Shown here in pieces: positions 25,397 to 35,522 of a stretch of DNA of 64,000 nt (position 1 is the first letter of the stretch; every line of letters begins with the position of its first letter). The position numbers and the translations under genes were made by a program. The notes under the pieces were generated by a model. That model did no database searches. It had not been told where the DNA came from and was given only the letters and a program-made list of their open reading frames with translations. The stretch lies in contig JAQUKH010000010.1 of NCBI GenBank assembly GCA_028719205.1, positions 1 through 64,000 on the forward strand, given 5' to 3'. This stretch comes from a bacterium. GTDB taxonomy: Bacteria > JACRDZ01 > JAQUKH01.

Positions 25397-26614
25397 TTAT
25401 TCTACCACTTCGACTCTTACATCGACAATCTTATCATTATCGATTTTCCAGACCCCGTAAGAACCGCCGGTGATATCGCCGTTTTTATCAAAATTGACGG
25501 ACCCTGATACGCCCTCATAATTGATATCTTTGCCTTCAGCGATTAATTTAAGCGCCTTTTTCAGGTCCAGGAAATCAACTTTTTCGCCGGGAGGATTCGC
25601 GACAAAACGCAAATTGTCGCGGATGGTTGTTCCGTCCGTATTTCCGCCTTTCGCTATCGCGAGGGCAGTCAGGATCACGGCGTCAAAGCAGGTATCGATA
25701 TATGGTTTGGGAGGCATTTCGCCGAATCTTTTTTGATATGCCTCTTTAAATTTTTTACTTAAATTGCTTTCTACCGGCGCAGGCGCGGTTCCGTAAGTTC
25801 CATTCAGATATTTGCCACCGATATTTTTTATTATCTCGTCCGCCTTCATTCCATCCGTGAGCAGAAATTTATTGGCAAGCCCGAATTCGATCGCCTCGCG
25901 CAATATCCTTACTCCGTTTTCAGGATAGGCAATGACAAGTAAGGCATCCGGTTCGTCTTTAACGGCCTTTTGCACCTCAGAGCGGTAGCTTGGCTGGTTG
26001 GAATTAAAGGCTACGGATTCCAAGATCTTCCCGCCGATCATTTCAAACGCGCCTTTCATGGTTTCCGCGAGGCCTTCGCCGTACGAATTATTCACATAAA
26101 TAATGGATATTTTTTTAAAGCCTTGTTCCTTTGCCACGGAGGCTAGAACCTCACATTGGAGCGCGTCTGATGGAACGGTCCGGAATAAAAAGTCATTATC
26201 TTTAATGTTTGTAATTTCCGGGGAGGTTGAGGCGGGTGAAATAACAGGTATTTTTTTATTTACTGCCACTGAGGTCGCGACCGGGATAGTTTCGCCGCTT
26301 GAAAGTGCGCCTACAATGGTTACTACCTGATCAATATCAATTAATTTTTGCGCCGCGTCCACAGCCATAGTCGGCTCGGTTTGTGAGTCTCGGTGGACCA
26401 GTTCAATTTTTCTTTTCAGGATACCGCCATTTTCATTGATCATTTCAGCGGCAAGTATAGCGCCATTTTGGATCGCCTTTCCATAAGCGCCTAAATCCCC
26501 TGTTTGAGCCAATAGCACGCCGATCTTGATAGGTTTCTCTTCCGCCATGGACAAAAAAACAGGAGTTAACGATAAAATAATGATCATAAAAATAATTTTT
26601 TTAAGCATCGGCAT
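25397..26614 (-). CDS. LivK/J-type periplasmic substrate-binding protein
   Basis: Signal peptide; IKIGVLL..TGDL, INENGG, ISPASTSP, FRTVPSDALQ, YEGVSGSVNFD. Confidence 0.9.
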   Translation of the reverse strand: MPMLKKIIFMIIILSLTPVFLSMAEEKPIKIGVLLAQTGDLGAYGKAIQNGAILAAEMINENGGILKRKIELVHRDSQTEPTMAVDAAQKLIDIDQVVTIVGALSSGETIPVATSVAVNKKIPVISPASTSPEITNIKDNDFLFRTVPSDALQCEVLASVAKEQGFKKISIIYVNNSYGEGLAETMKGAFEMIGGKILESVAFNSNQPSYRSEVQKAVKDEPDALLVIAYPENGVRILREAIEFGLANKFLLTDGMKADEIIKNIGGKYLNGTYGTAPAPVESNLSKKFKEAYQKRFGEMPPKPYIDTCFDAVILTALAIAKGGNTDGTTIRDNLRFVANPPGEKVDFLDLKKALKLIAEGKDINYEGVSGSVNFDKNGDITGGSYGVWKIDNDKIVDVRVEVVE

Positions 26615-26671
26615 CCTCCTTGATTTTTTTTAAATATTAGCATAACGCCGGAATAATTTCAAGGTTTTTAT

Positions 26672-26717
26672 ACCACCCCTAATCCCCTCCTTGCCAAGGA
26701 GGGGACTAAGGGGTGGT
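26672..26717. repeat. Palindromic repeat family CCCCTCC..GGAGGGG, copy 1
   Basis: ACCACCCCTAATCCCCTCCTTGCCAAGGAGGGGACTAAGGGGTGGT; second copy at 48776. Confidence 0.8.
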
Positions 26718-26767
26718 AATTTGCGGGATTTAATCCTGATTGGTTATGTTATAATTATAAATTCTGT

Positions 26768-29700
26768 ATGGTATTAAAAAGGGGTATTTTGAAAAGGATT
26801 ATAATAATTTTTTTTACTTTTTACTTTTGTTTCGCGGGATTTTCCCTGGCAGATGAGGCGCTCGGCCCATTGACAAACGTGCAGGGCGAAGGTTTAATCC
26901 CTTCCATTAGCTCGGAAGACCAGCAATCACTTATGGATATTTCCGGCCGTAAACTTATCCGTTTTACCTTGGATGAACAAAAATTCTCCTCGCCTTATCA
27001 GCCGAATAAATATGGTTTTAAAATAGACCAGGAACTGCAGGTGAGGATCTATGGCGTGGCGCGCAGGAAATTGTTTTTTGATATTGATTATGATGACACC
27101 CGTGAGGATAAAAATAAAAACAGGATCTCGGCGATCTATGTGGGAGATGATGATGAAATCGTTCAGCGGGCGGCTTTTGGTTATATCCCTTTAAATATTT
27201 CTGAAACAGAATTTATAGCCTATAATAAAACCACGTTTGGGCTTTATTTAGAAACCCAGTTTGACGCCGATAAAACTTTCAAAGGTAAAAAAGATTATAC
27301 CGAAATTAATTATCCTGACCATATTCCCCCTCCTGTTTATCCAAATCTGAAAATTAAGGCGCTTGCGACATTCAGCGAGACTCAGAGCGAGCGGAAAGAA
27401 TTTTCAGGAACATTTGCTGAAACGAAAAAAGATATTAAAGACGCGGAATATATAAAAAATCGTTATTATCGTGTTTATGAAAATATAAATGAACTCCCGA
27501 TAAAAGATGTTAAAATTTATCTTGATGACCGGAATTCGGCCAATAATTTTAATACAGATCATTTTATAGCTTCAGGGACGGACGGCAGTAATTATGAAGG
27601 AGAATTTGATGAACTTAAAAGCGGCAATGATTATACATTTGATGAAAAGACAGGCAAGATCAGTTTTTTTATTCAAATACAGGAAAATTATGTAATAGCG
27701 GTAAATTACAATGATGCAAGCGGGAAAAGGTATGAACATAAAATTATCCGGGATCAAAATGATTCAGAGTACTTTTGGCGGTACAGGGTGCGGAATATTT
27801 ATTTTTTAGGCAGTAAAAATATTGATCCGAGATTCTTTTCCTTAAAAATAATAGATCTATTCGGCAGGGAAAAAGACCCGAATACATCAAGAGAATATAT
27901 TGATATTCTGGGGCTGGATAATGATCCAAAAGATGGAAGGATAGATCCAAAAAACATAGATTACGATTACGGCATTTTGATTTTTCCCGGGGACTTGCCT
28001 TTCCAGGTTTTGAATCCGTCTATTTATACAAAAACTCCGGTTCCGGAATTTATCCTCAATGTAAATTACAGGGCTTATACAAAAGAATATTTTTTAAGGC
28101 CCGGGATAGTTACCGGCAGTGAAAAGATCTATCTCAAACAAAAGCTATTAGCAAGAGGTGTGGACTATAATATTGATTATAATATCGGCCTGCTTACATT
28201 CTTAATAAAAATAGAAGAGGACGCGAAGATAATCGCGGATTATGAATATTTTCCGTTTGGAACCGGTTCCCAAAGCACTATAATGGGCGTGCGCGCGGAA
28301 TACGAGCCGACACAGAACCTCGCTGTCGGGGCCACATATATTGCGGAAAACGGACTTGAGATGAAAACCGGTTTCCCGCAGGCCAAAGAATCTCCGAACA
28401 AAGATATAATTTTAGGCGTGGATGCTAATATAAAGTTTAATATTGAAGATATGCATGTGAACATTCTTGGCGAAATTGCCAAGTCGTCGTTTGATCCTAA
28501 TACCAATAACAGGCTGTCAATAAATAATATGGAGGAAGATAAAGTATCGGATGAAATATCAACCAATACTGAAAATTGGTCTGTTGTCTCGAGTAATCCC
28601 GCGGGTGAAATATCCAGGAGTGATTTTCTGGAAATAAATGAAATAAATATCAGCCACGATGAAGAAGAAAGCGGAAGATCGTTGTATTTAAAAAATCAAG
28701 GATCAAACTGGGCAGGGACAATGTACAGTTTTTCAAAAAAGGCATTGGATTTCAGTAAGCGGGAATATATTGAAATCTGGATAAAAAGCGACACAAAAAG
28801 CGGCATTTTAAATATTGATATGGGACAGATAAATGAGGATATGAACGGAAACGGAGTTTTAGATACGGAAGATAAAGACGGAGACGGGAAATTGGGTAAA
28901 GATGAAGATACGGGTTTTGATTATTATGGTGAATTGGCGGGAAAGGGTAATAAGAAGCTTGATACGGAAGATCTGGATGGGGATGGTTTTCTGGAAACCA
29001 ATGATAATTATTTTAATTTTCAATTGGATCTGACAAATTTTCCCAATAATATTGATCCGCAATGGCTCGGCCGGTCTGAAAATGGATTTACTTTATTAAG
29101 TATTCCCTTAAGTTCCGCATCAAAGACAGGCGCGGCTGATTGGGAGCTGGTTAAGTACCTGCGTTTGTGGCTTAAAGGAGGGGGGGATGTAACAATAAAT
29201 ACATTACAAGTTGTCGGCCGCAGTTGGGATGTGGGTAAGGTAAAACTGGCTAACGGAACAATAGAAGAAAACGAAAGATTCGCTGTAAGGTTGAACAATG
29301 AGGGCGGGGCGGGAATAATATTGGACAATTCCGAGTTATTAAATAATAACTATGTGAATTACAGCCTGATGATGGCGTATTCTCTGCGTTCAAAAGAAGA
29401 AGGGTCTACCCAATGGGATTTTTCAGAACTTATGGATTTTTCATCATACAGGGCTTTGCATTTCTGGCTGAAACAGGATGCCGGGCAAGCCGCGGATGAT
29501 GAAGTGTTTTTTATACGGCTTGGGGTTGATGAAGATAATTATTATGAATTTACAACCCCTGTAAAGGATATTCCAAATAGTTGGGATTATGACGGGGTTG
29601 ATATCGGCCTGGATGACGCTGATGGCGATAAAATTCCGGATGGATTAAAAAGGACAGGGAACCTTGTTTCTCTTTATAAAATAAAATTTATCCGTGTTGG

Positions 29701-31444
29701 TGTCAGAAACCCCGGATCCGATGTCCCTGGTAAAAGAAAAATTTATCTGGATGAGATAATGCTGAAAGACCGGATAAAAAAGAGCGGCGAGGCAAGAAAA
29801 GTTTCATTAAAAACGGAGCTTGAGGATAAAATGGATCTGTTCTTTGATTTCAGGCAATGGGATCAGGATTTTAAAACCATCGGGCGTGATATGGAAACAC
29901 AAAAAAGGGATATGCTGCGCGCTATAAGTAATATAACATTTCTGGAATTCCTGCCAATTACTTTAAATCTGGAAAAAGAAAATAAGGCCCCGAAGGAGGA
30001 TAAATACGGTGTTTTATCTCTGGAAGAGCTTAATGAGACAAAAAGTTCAAAAGGCGGAGTGAACGCGGCCCTGAAATTGCCGAAAAACCCGAGATTTCTG
30101 ACGTTTAACTACGAAGACAACAATACAAAGGAAATAAGCCTCCAGCGAAAAACGAACCAGGATATTTATACCTATGGTTTTGAATATAATATTCCTCAAT
30201 ATACTCTCATAGACCGGTTGAAATTTAATCTTGGATTAAAACGTTTTAGAGAGGCACAGGATTATGAAATGGAAGGATTTTCCAGATTCCATAATTCCGA
30301 TAACCGCTCATTAGGGATCGGTTATTCTCCCGTTAAATATCTTGATATGGATTATTCATGGCGCAAGATCAAAGAAATAACCGAAGAAAGCGGCTGGTAT
30401 CCTTTAAACCGTGACCAATGGGGAGGGGTAAATATTGAACCATTTAAAAATTTAAACGGGTTGCACAGCAGAATAAAAAGTTCAGTCGATTATAAGGAAA
30501 GATTTTTGACAGGTTCGGAAGCCGGTTCAAAAAACGCGAATATCGCGGGAGAGGCGGAATGGCAATTAGACGCGAGGCCGAGCAATTGGTGGCGGAATAT
30601 AAATCCTTTATCATTCAGCCAGACTGTCAGGGCGAGAAAATCCGCGATATTTGATAATATTAATAATGGGACCGGATTTTCGACACTAGTGAAAAAACTC
30701 AGGGATGGAATAATTACCGGGCAGGACCTGTCGGCAAAAGAAATTACCATGGAAAATTATTACGCGCTCGGCTCCAGATATAATTTGAGCACGCCTCTGG
30801 TTGTCAATGCCAGATACAGCCTGGGCCGGGAAAAACAGACGATCTTCGAAAGTATTTTTAATACGCGCACGAGGATTTCATCGGCGGGAATGAATTATGA
30901 CCTGAAATCGGATCTGTATTTCTGGGATAGGATCACTGAATACGCGAATTTGAGTATGGATTACAGCCATAAAAAGATCCTGAAAGATGACATTTCTGAA
31001 AAGACCGTTTCTAATCCTTCGTTTTCATTTTTGGCCGGATGGACTAAGCGTTTTTCAACTAATTATTATTTCTCTTACAGGGAGGAAAAGGAGAATGTTT
31101 ACAGTGAGTTAAGGGTTAAAGAACTAAAGGCGTATGAGCCCAATCTGGAATTAATATATAAATTTGACCTGCCCCGCGCGCTTCGTTTTGCCAAAAGGCA
31201 GATCGATTTCACGAACCGCGCCAGGTGGCGTACGGGCCTAAAAATGGAAATAATAAACACAAAAGATTATGTTGAATACGATTCGAGCAGAAAATATAAT
31301 TATAATACAAAGTTTGATTATGACTTGACTGAATTTGTAACGTTCAATATTTCTTTTGATTATGAAATATTCAAGAATAAATCCCAGCTTGAAAAAGATT
31401 ACAGTCTCCTCAAGGTATCCAGCGAATGCGTGATCACGTTCTGA
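26768..31444 (+). CDS. Large predicted outer-membrane protein with SprA-like motifs
   Basis: Signal peptide; YVGDDDEIVQRAAFG..FG, GSEKIY...RGVDYNIDYNIGLLTF, LNIDMGQINED..DTED..EDTG; amphipathic beta-strand C-terminal third; terminal Phe. Confidence 0.65.
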   Translation: MVLKRGILKRIIIIFFTFYFCFAGFSLADEALGPLTNVQGEGLIPSISSEDQQSLMDISGRKLIRFTLDEQKFSSPYQPNKYGFKIDQELQVRIYGVARRKLFFDIDYDDTREDKNKNRISAIYVGDDDEIVQRAAFGYIPLNISETEFIAYNKTTFGLYLETQFDADKTFKGKKDYTEINYPDHIPPPVYPNLKIKALATFSETQSERKEFSGTFAETKKDIKDAEYIKNRYYRVYENINELPIKDVKIYLDDRNSANNFNTDHFIASGTDGSNYEGEFDELKSGNDYTFDEKTGKISFFIQIQENYVIAVNYNDASGKRYEHKIIRDQNDSEYFWRYRVRNIYFLGSKNIDPRFFSLKIIDLFGREKDPNTSREYIDILGLDNDPKDGRIDPKNIDYDYGILIFPGDLPFQVLNPSIYTKTPVPEFILNVNYRAYTKEYFLRPGIVTGSEKIYLKQKLLARGVDYNIDYNIGLLTFLIKIEEDAKIIADYEYFPFGTGSQSTIMGVRAEYEPTQNLAVGATYIAENGLEMKTGFPQAKESPNKDIILGVDANIKFNIEDMHVNILGEIAKSSFDPNTNNRLSINNMEEDKVSDEISTNTENWSVVSSNPAGEISRSDFLEINEINISHDEEESGRSLYLKNQGSNWAGTMYSFSKKALDFSKREYIEIWIKSDTKSGILNIDMGQINEDMNGNGVLDTEDKDGDGKLGKDEDTGFDYYGELAGKGNKKLDTEDLDGDGFLETNDNYFNFQLDLTNFPNNIDPQWLGRSENGFTLLSIPLSSASKTGAADWELVKYLRLWLKGGGDVTINTLQVVGRSWDVGKVKLANGTIEENERFAVRLNNEGGAGIILDNSELLNNNYVNYSLMMAYSLRSKEEGSTQWDFSELMDFSSYRALHFWLKQDAGQAADDEVFFIRLGVDEDNYYEFTTPVKDIPNSWDYDGVDIGLDDADGDKIPDGLKRTGNLVSLYKIKFIRVGVRNPGSDVPGKRKIYLDEIMLKDRIKKSGEARKVSLKTELEDKMDLFFDFRQWDQDFKTIGRDMETQKRDMLRAISNITFLEFLPITLNLEKENKAPKEDKYGVLSLEELNETKSSKGGVNAALKLPKNPRFLTFNYEDNNTKEISLQRKTNQDIYTYGFEYNIPQYTLIDRLKFNLGLKRFREAQDYEMEGFSRFHNSDNRSLGIGYSPVKYLDMDYSWRKIKEITEESGWYPLNRDQWGGVNIEPFKNLNGLHSRIKSSVDYKERFLTGSEAGSKNANIAGEAEWQLDARPSNWWRNINPLSFSQTVRARKSAIFDNINNGTGFSTLVKKLRDGIITGQDLSAKEITMENYYALGSRYNLSTPLVVNARYSLGREKQTIFESIFNTRTRISSAGMNYDLKSDLYFWDRITEYANLSMDYSHKKILKDDISEKTVSNPSFSFLAGWTKRFSTNYYFSYREEKENVYSELRVKELKAYEPNLELIYKFDLPRALRFAKRQIDFTNRARWRTGLKMEIINTKDYVEYDSSRKYNYNTKFDYDLTEFVTFNISFDYEIFKNKSQLEKDYSLLKVSSECVITF

Positions 31445-31503
31445 ATTATATCTAATAAAAACTTGACAGTATAAAAGGTTTAGAGAGATAATAAAGTTAA
31501 TTT

Positions 31504-32256
31504 ATGAATAAATTAAAAATAACCTTTCTAGGTACGAACGGTTGGTATGACACGAAAACAGGGAATACGGTTTGTATTTTGATCGAATGCCCTGAATATT
31601 ATATTGTTCTGGACGCGGGAAACGGGTTGGGAAAATTGGACAGGCATATCAACCAGACTAAACCCGTTTATATTTTTTTAAGCCATTTTCATTTAGACCA
31701 TATTATAGGATTACATACACTGCCTAAATTCAGGTTTAAAAAGAAATTAAGCATAATCGGGCAAAAGGGGACAAGGGATATTTTGAAAATTTTCTTGAAT
31801 TGGCCGTTTACTCTTCCAAGAAAAAATCTGAAATTTAAAAGCGAAATAATCGAAGTGCCGGAAGGATTAAAGAAACTTCCGTTCAAAGCTGAAGTATTAC
31901 CGATGCTTCATGCTTCACCGACATTGGGAATAAGGCTGGAAATTGAAGGTAAGATAATCACGTATTGCCCTGATACCGGTTACTGCAAAAATGCGGTTGA
32001 ATTAGCGAGAAACGCGGATCTGGTTATAACAGAGTGCGCGTATACTGTGGATTTTAACGTAAAAAACTGGCCGCATCTGAATCCGGAAACAGCAGCAAAT
32101 ATCGCGAAAGAATCCGGGGCAAAAAAACTTGCTCTTGTACATTTCGATGCGGAGAAGTATCCGGACTTTAAATCAAGAAAAATAGCCGGATCAATAGCCA
32201 AAAAAATATTCTCTAGAACTATCGCGAGCCGTGATAATATGGAAATAGAAATTTAA
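31504..32256 (+). CDS. MBL-fold hydrolase, RNase Z-like
   Basis: FLGTNGW, LDAG, SHFHLDH, YCPDTG, ITEC, LVHF. Confidence 0.85.
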   Translation: MNKLKITFLGTNGWYDTKTGNTVCILIECPEYYIVLDAGNGLGKLDRHINQTKPVYIFLSHFHLDHIIGLHTLPKFRFKKKLSIIGQKGTRDILKIFLNWPFTLPRKNLKFKSEIIEVPEGLKKLPFKAEVLPMLHASPTLGIRLEIEGKIITYCPDTGYCKNAVELARNADLVITECAYTVDFNVKNWPHLNPETAANIAKESGAKKLALVHFDAEKYPDFKSRKIAGSIAKKIFSRTIASRDNMEIEI

Positions 32257-32270
32257 TAAGGAGGCGAAAA

Positions 32271-33263
32271 ATGAAAGAAGCCTTATTTTATGAAAAACTG
32301 GATAATGAAAAAGTTAAGTGCCTGCTTTGTCCGAAACACTGCGTAATTGCTCCCGGTAAATCAGGATTCTGCAGGTCCAGGGAAAATACCGGCGGAATAC
32401 TTTACGCGGTTAATTACGGTCAAACCGCGTCACATCCCTGCCTTGACCCGATAGAAAAAAAACCACTGTACCATTTTTATCCGGGGTCTTTGATACTTTC
32501 TCTTGGGGCTAACAGTTGTAATCTTGCCTGCGAAAATTGCCAGAACTGGACCATCTCCCAGATCGATGTAAAAACGATTCCGGTTTCTCCAAAAGAATTG
32601 GTTGCCCTGGCGAAGGAAAATAATTCACTTGGTTTAGCCTATACATACACCGAACCTTTTACATGGTATGAATTTATTCTGGAGACCGCGCAGTTGATAA
32701 AGGAGGCGGGGCTTAAAAATGTTATCGTGACCAATGGATATGTGGAAGAGGAACCGTTAAAAAAACTTCTTCCTTTTATTGATGCTTTAAATATTGATAT
32801 TAAATCAATGGATGAAAATTTTTATAAAAATATATGCCATGCTAAACTTGGGCCGGTTTTAAAGGCAACTGAATTAGCTAATAAAACCTCTCATGTAGAG
32901 TTAACCAATCTCGTGATCCCTACGTTAAACGACAAAAAAGAGGATTTTGAAAAACTGGTAAATTGGATCTCTGAAAAATTAGGGCCTGATACCCCACTCC
33001 ATTTCTCAAGGTATTTTCCGAATTATAAAATGAAGATTCCTCCAACGGATATTTCAAGTTTGGAATTAGCGAGAAAAATAGCCAGGGAGAAACTGAATTA
33101 TGTCTATATAGGGAATATCGCGGATGTTTCGGCTAATACTACTTATTGCCCGAATTGTAATAATGAACTTATCCGGAGGATAGGGTATACAATTAGAAAA
33201 ATCGGATTAAAAGAAGGGAAATGCGTAAAATGCGAAAACAAAATTGCCGGAATTGGATTATAA
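32271..33263 (+). CDS. amrS: AmmeMemoRadiSam system radical SAM enzyme
   Basis: CLLCPKHC..GFC.SR, DPIEKKPLYHFYPG, CNLACENCQNW.ISQ, YTYTEP, PLHFSRYFP. Confidence 0.92.
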   Translation: MKEALFYEKLDNEKVKCLLCPKHCVIAPGKSGFCRSRENTGGILYAVNYGQTASHPCLDPIEKKPLYHFYPGSLILSLGANSCNLACENCQNWTISQIDVKTIPVSPKELVALAKENNSLGLAYTYTEPFTWYEFILETAQLIKEAGLKNVIVTNGYVEEEPLKKLLPFIDALNIDIKSMDENFYKNICHAKLGPVLKATELANKTSHVELTNLVIPTLNDKKEDFEKLVNWISEKLGPDTPLHFSRYFPNYKMKIPPTDISSLELARKIAREKLNYVYIGNIADVSANTTYCPNCNNELIRRIGYTIRKIGLKEGKCVKCENKIAGIGL

Positions 33264-34225
33264 CATTCATTATTTTTTTTGTGTTATTGAATGTTTCATG
33301 TGGTAAATACAAAAAAACCGAAGAAACTAAGTTTATAATGGGCACTATAGTTAATGTTAAGATCTATCAGACAGATGAAGGTAAAGCCAAAACGGTGATA
33401 AAAAAAGCGTTTGATGAAATGGAGCGGGTGGACCGGGTTTTCAGTAATTTCAAAGAAGATAGTTTTATCTCAAAGATAAACAGGAACAGCGGAACATGGG
33501 TTGAGGTACCGGAAGAGGTTGTCGAATTGATAGAGCGATCTTTGAAATATTCCGCCTTAACTGACGGCGCGTTTGATATTTCTATCGCTCCGATAGTAGA
33601 TCTCTGGGGATTCGGTCCGGCTAAGAAACATTATATTCCGACAGAAAAAGAAATTTCCGATACGCTTCCATTAGTTAATTATAAAAATATAGAGATCGAT
33701 AAAGAGAAGAACAGGATCAAAATAAAAACCGGAATGCGGTTAGAGCCCGGAGGCATAGCCAAGATTTACGCGTTAGAACGAGCGGTGAAGGTTATTAAAG
33801 AATCCGGTATAAAAACCGCGCTTGTCAATGCGGGCGGGGATATTTACGCCCTGGGAGAAAAACAAAAAGGTGAGCCTTTTAAAATCGGTATCCAGCATCC
33901 GAGGAACGATGAAGAGATATTAGTAAATCTTAAAGTTTCGGATGCCGCGATTATTACCTCAGGGGATTATGAAAATTATTTTATTGAAAATGATAAAAGG
34001 TATCATCATATCTTTGATCCAAAAACAGGGCATTCAGGCAACCTGTGCCAGAGTGTCACGATAGTTTCTAAAGATATGTCTATTCCCTCAACCGGGATTT
34101 TTGTCCTTGGGCCTGAAAAGGGAATAAAATTGGTAGAATCTATTCCGGGAGCAGAATGTTTGATAGTAGATAGTTCCGGGAAAATTTTCAAATCAAAGGG
34201 ATTTGATAAATATATAGCAAAATAA
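33221..34225 (+). CDS. apbE: ApbE/Ftp FAD:protein FMN transferase family lipoprotein (divergent)
   Basis: Lipobox-like NVSC; IMGT, TDGAFD, GGIAK, VNAGGD, TSGDYE, YHHIFDPKTG. Confidence 0.9.
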   Translation: MRKMRKQNCRNWIITFIIFFVLLNVSCGKYKKTEETKFIMGTIVNVKIYQTDEGKAKTVIKKAFDEMERVDRVFSNFKEDSFISKINRNSGTWVEVPEEVVELIERSLKYSALTDGAFDISIAPIVDLWGFGPAKKHYIPTEKEISDTLPLVNYKNIEIDKEKNRIKIKTGMRLEPGGIAKIYALERAVKVIKESGIKTALVNAGGDIYALGEKQKGEPFKIGIQHPRNDEEILVNLKVSDAAIITSGDYENYFIENDKRYHHIFDPKTGHSGNLCQSVTIVSKDMSIPSTGIFVLGPEKGIKLVESIPGAECLIVDSSGKIFKSKGFDKYIAK

Positions 34226-35347
34226 TCACTCGTTATTTGTTTTAATCCTTAAAAGAAAATCTTTTTTCCAGTTTTCAAAATTATCTTTCAGTATCGCTTC
34301 TCTCGCGTCCCTCATGAATTCCAGATAAAAATAAACATTATGCAGGCTTACCAGAGATAACCCCGTGATTTCGCTCATCTTGAACATATGCCGGAGATAC
34401 GCGCGGGAATGCGTGAGGCAGGTATAACATTTACATTCTTCATCGATAGGTTTGAAATCATTCTGATATTGGGAATTTTTTAAAATTACTTTACCGTTCC
34501 GTGTGAACGCGGTGCCGTTCCGGGCATTTCTTGTCGGCATTACGCAGTCAAACATATCGATTCCCAGTGATATTCCTTCAACAAGGTCTTCAGGCGTGCC
34601 GACACCCATCAGATACCGTGGTTTATTTTCAGGTAATAACGGAGCGGTATGTTCTATTATTTCATACATCGCGTCTTTAGGTTCTCCCACGCTTAACCCG
34701 CCGAGGGCATATCCTTCAAAATCAATTTCAAGAAGCTGCTGAGCGGATTCTTTTCTAAGTTCAGGGAATACACCTCCCTGAATAATACCGAATAAAGATT
34801 GTTTTCCGGCAGAGTTAGCCAGAAAATATTCCTTACATCTTTTTGCCCAGGCCGTTGTGATCTCAAGCGAATTTTGCACATGGTCAGGCGTAGAAGGATA
34901 AGGCGGGCAGTCATCGAAATTCATTATAATGTCAGCGCCTAATACGATCTGGATCTCCATAGCTTTTTCAGGGGAAATAAAATGACTGCTTCCGTCAAAA
35001 TGAGAATTGAAATGGACTCCGTCTTTCGTGATTTTCTTAAGGACATTCAGGCTGAAAACCTGGTATCCTCCACTGTCTGTCAAAATAGGCTTTTCCCAGT
35101 TCATGAATTTATGAGTGCCTCCGGCTGTTTTGATTATTTCAAGCCCGGGCCTCAGGTAAAGATGGTAGGCGTTATTTAGAATGATCTGCGAACCTATCTC
35201 AACAAGATCCCTGTTCGTTAAGGTTTTTACCGTGGCGTGGGTTCCCACAGGCATAAAAACAGGTGTTTGTATCTCGCCGTGAGCGGTTTTCATCAACCCC
35301 GCGCGCGCCATAGTTTTTTTATCTTTTTTTATAAGTTTAAATTCCAT
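34226..35347 (-). CDS. tgt: tRNA-guanine transglycosylase
   Basis: TPVFMPVGT, YHLYLRPG, LTDSGGYQVFSL, PRYLMGVG, DMFDCVMPTR; likely start ATG 35347 (MEFK). Confidence 0.97.
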   Translation of the reverse strand: MEFKLIKKDKKTMARAGLMKTAHGEIQTPVFMPVGTHATVKTLTNRDLVEIGSQIILNNAYHLYLRPGLEIIKTAGGTHKFMNWEKPILTDSGGYQVFSLNVLKKITKDGVHFNSHFDGSSHFISPEKAMEIQIVLGADIIMNFDDCPPYPSTPDHVQNSLEITTAWAKRCKEYFLANSAGKQSLFGIIQGGVFPELRKESAQQLLEIDFEGYALGGLSVGEPKDAMYEIIEHTAPLLPENKPRYLMGVGTPEDLVEGISLGIDMFDCVMPTRNARNGTAFTRNGKVILKNSQYQNDFKPIDEECKCYTCLTHSRAYLRHMFKMSEITGLSLVSLHNVYFYLEFMRDAREAILKDNFENWKKDFLLRIKTNNE

Positions 35348-35379
35348 AAAATATAATCCCAAATTTTTACAATTTTATT

Positions 35380-35448
35380 GTAGGGGCTCCGATTTTATCG
35401 GAGCCCGCTTTCTTAATGTTTTTTGGGTTCGATAAATCGAACCCCTAC
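35380..35448. repeat. Inverted doublet of GTAG-type REP-like palindromes
   Basis: GTAGGGGCTCCGATTTTATCGGAGCCC ... GGGTTCGATAAATCGAACCCCTAC. Confidence 0.8.
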
Positions 35449-35466
35449 GGAAAGCTAATTTTGTTT

Positions 35467-35495
35467 TTGACAAATGAGTGAATGTAGATTATACT
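35467..35495 (+). promoter_or_regulatory. Sigma70-type promoter for RNase HI (and possibly rnpB)
   Basis: TTGACA-17 bp-TATACT. Confidence 0.7.
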
Positions 35496-35522
35496 ATATA
35501 TATATATTAAAGGAAATATAAA

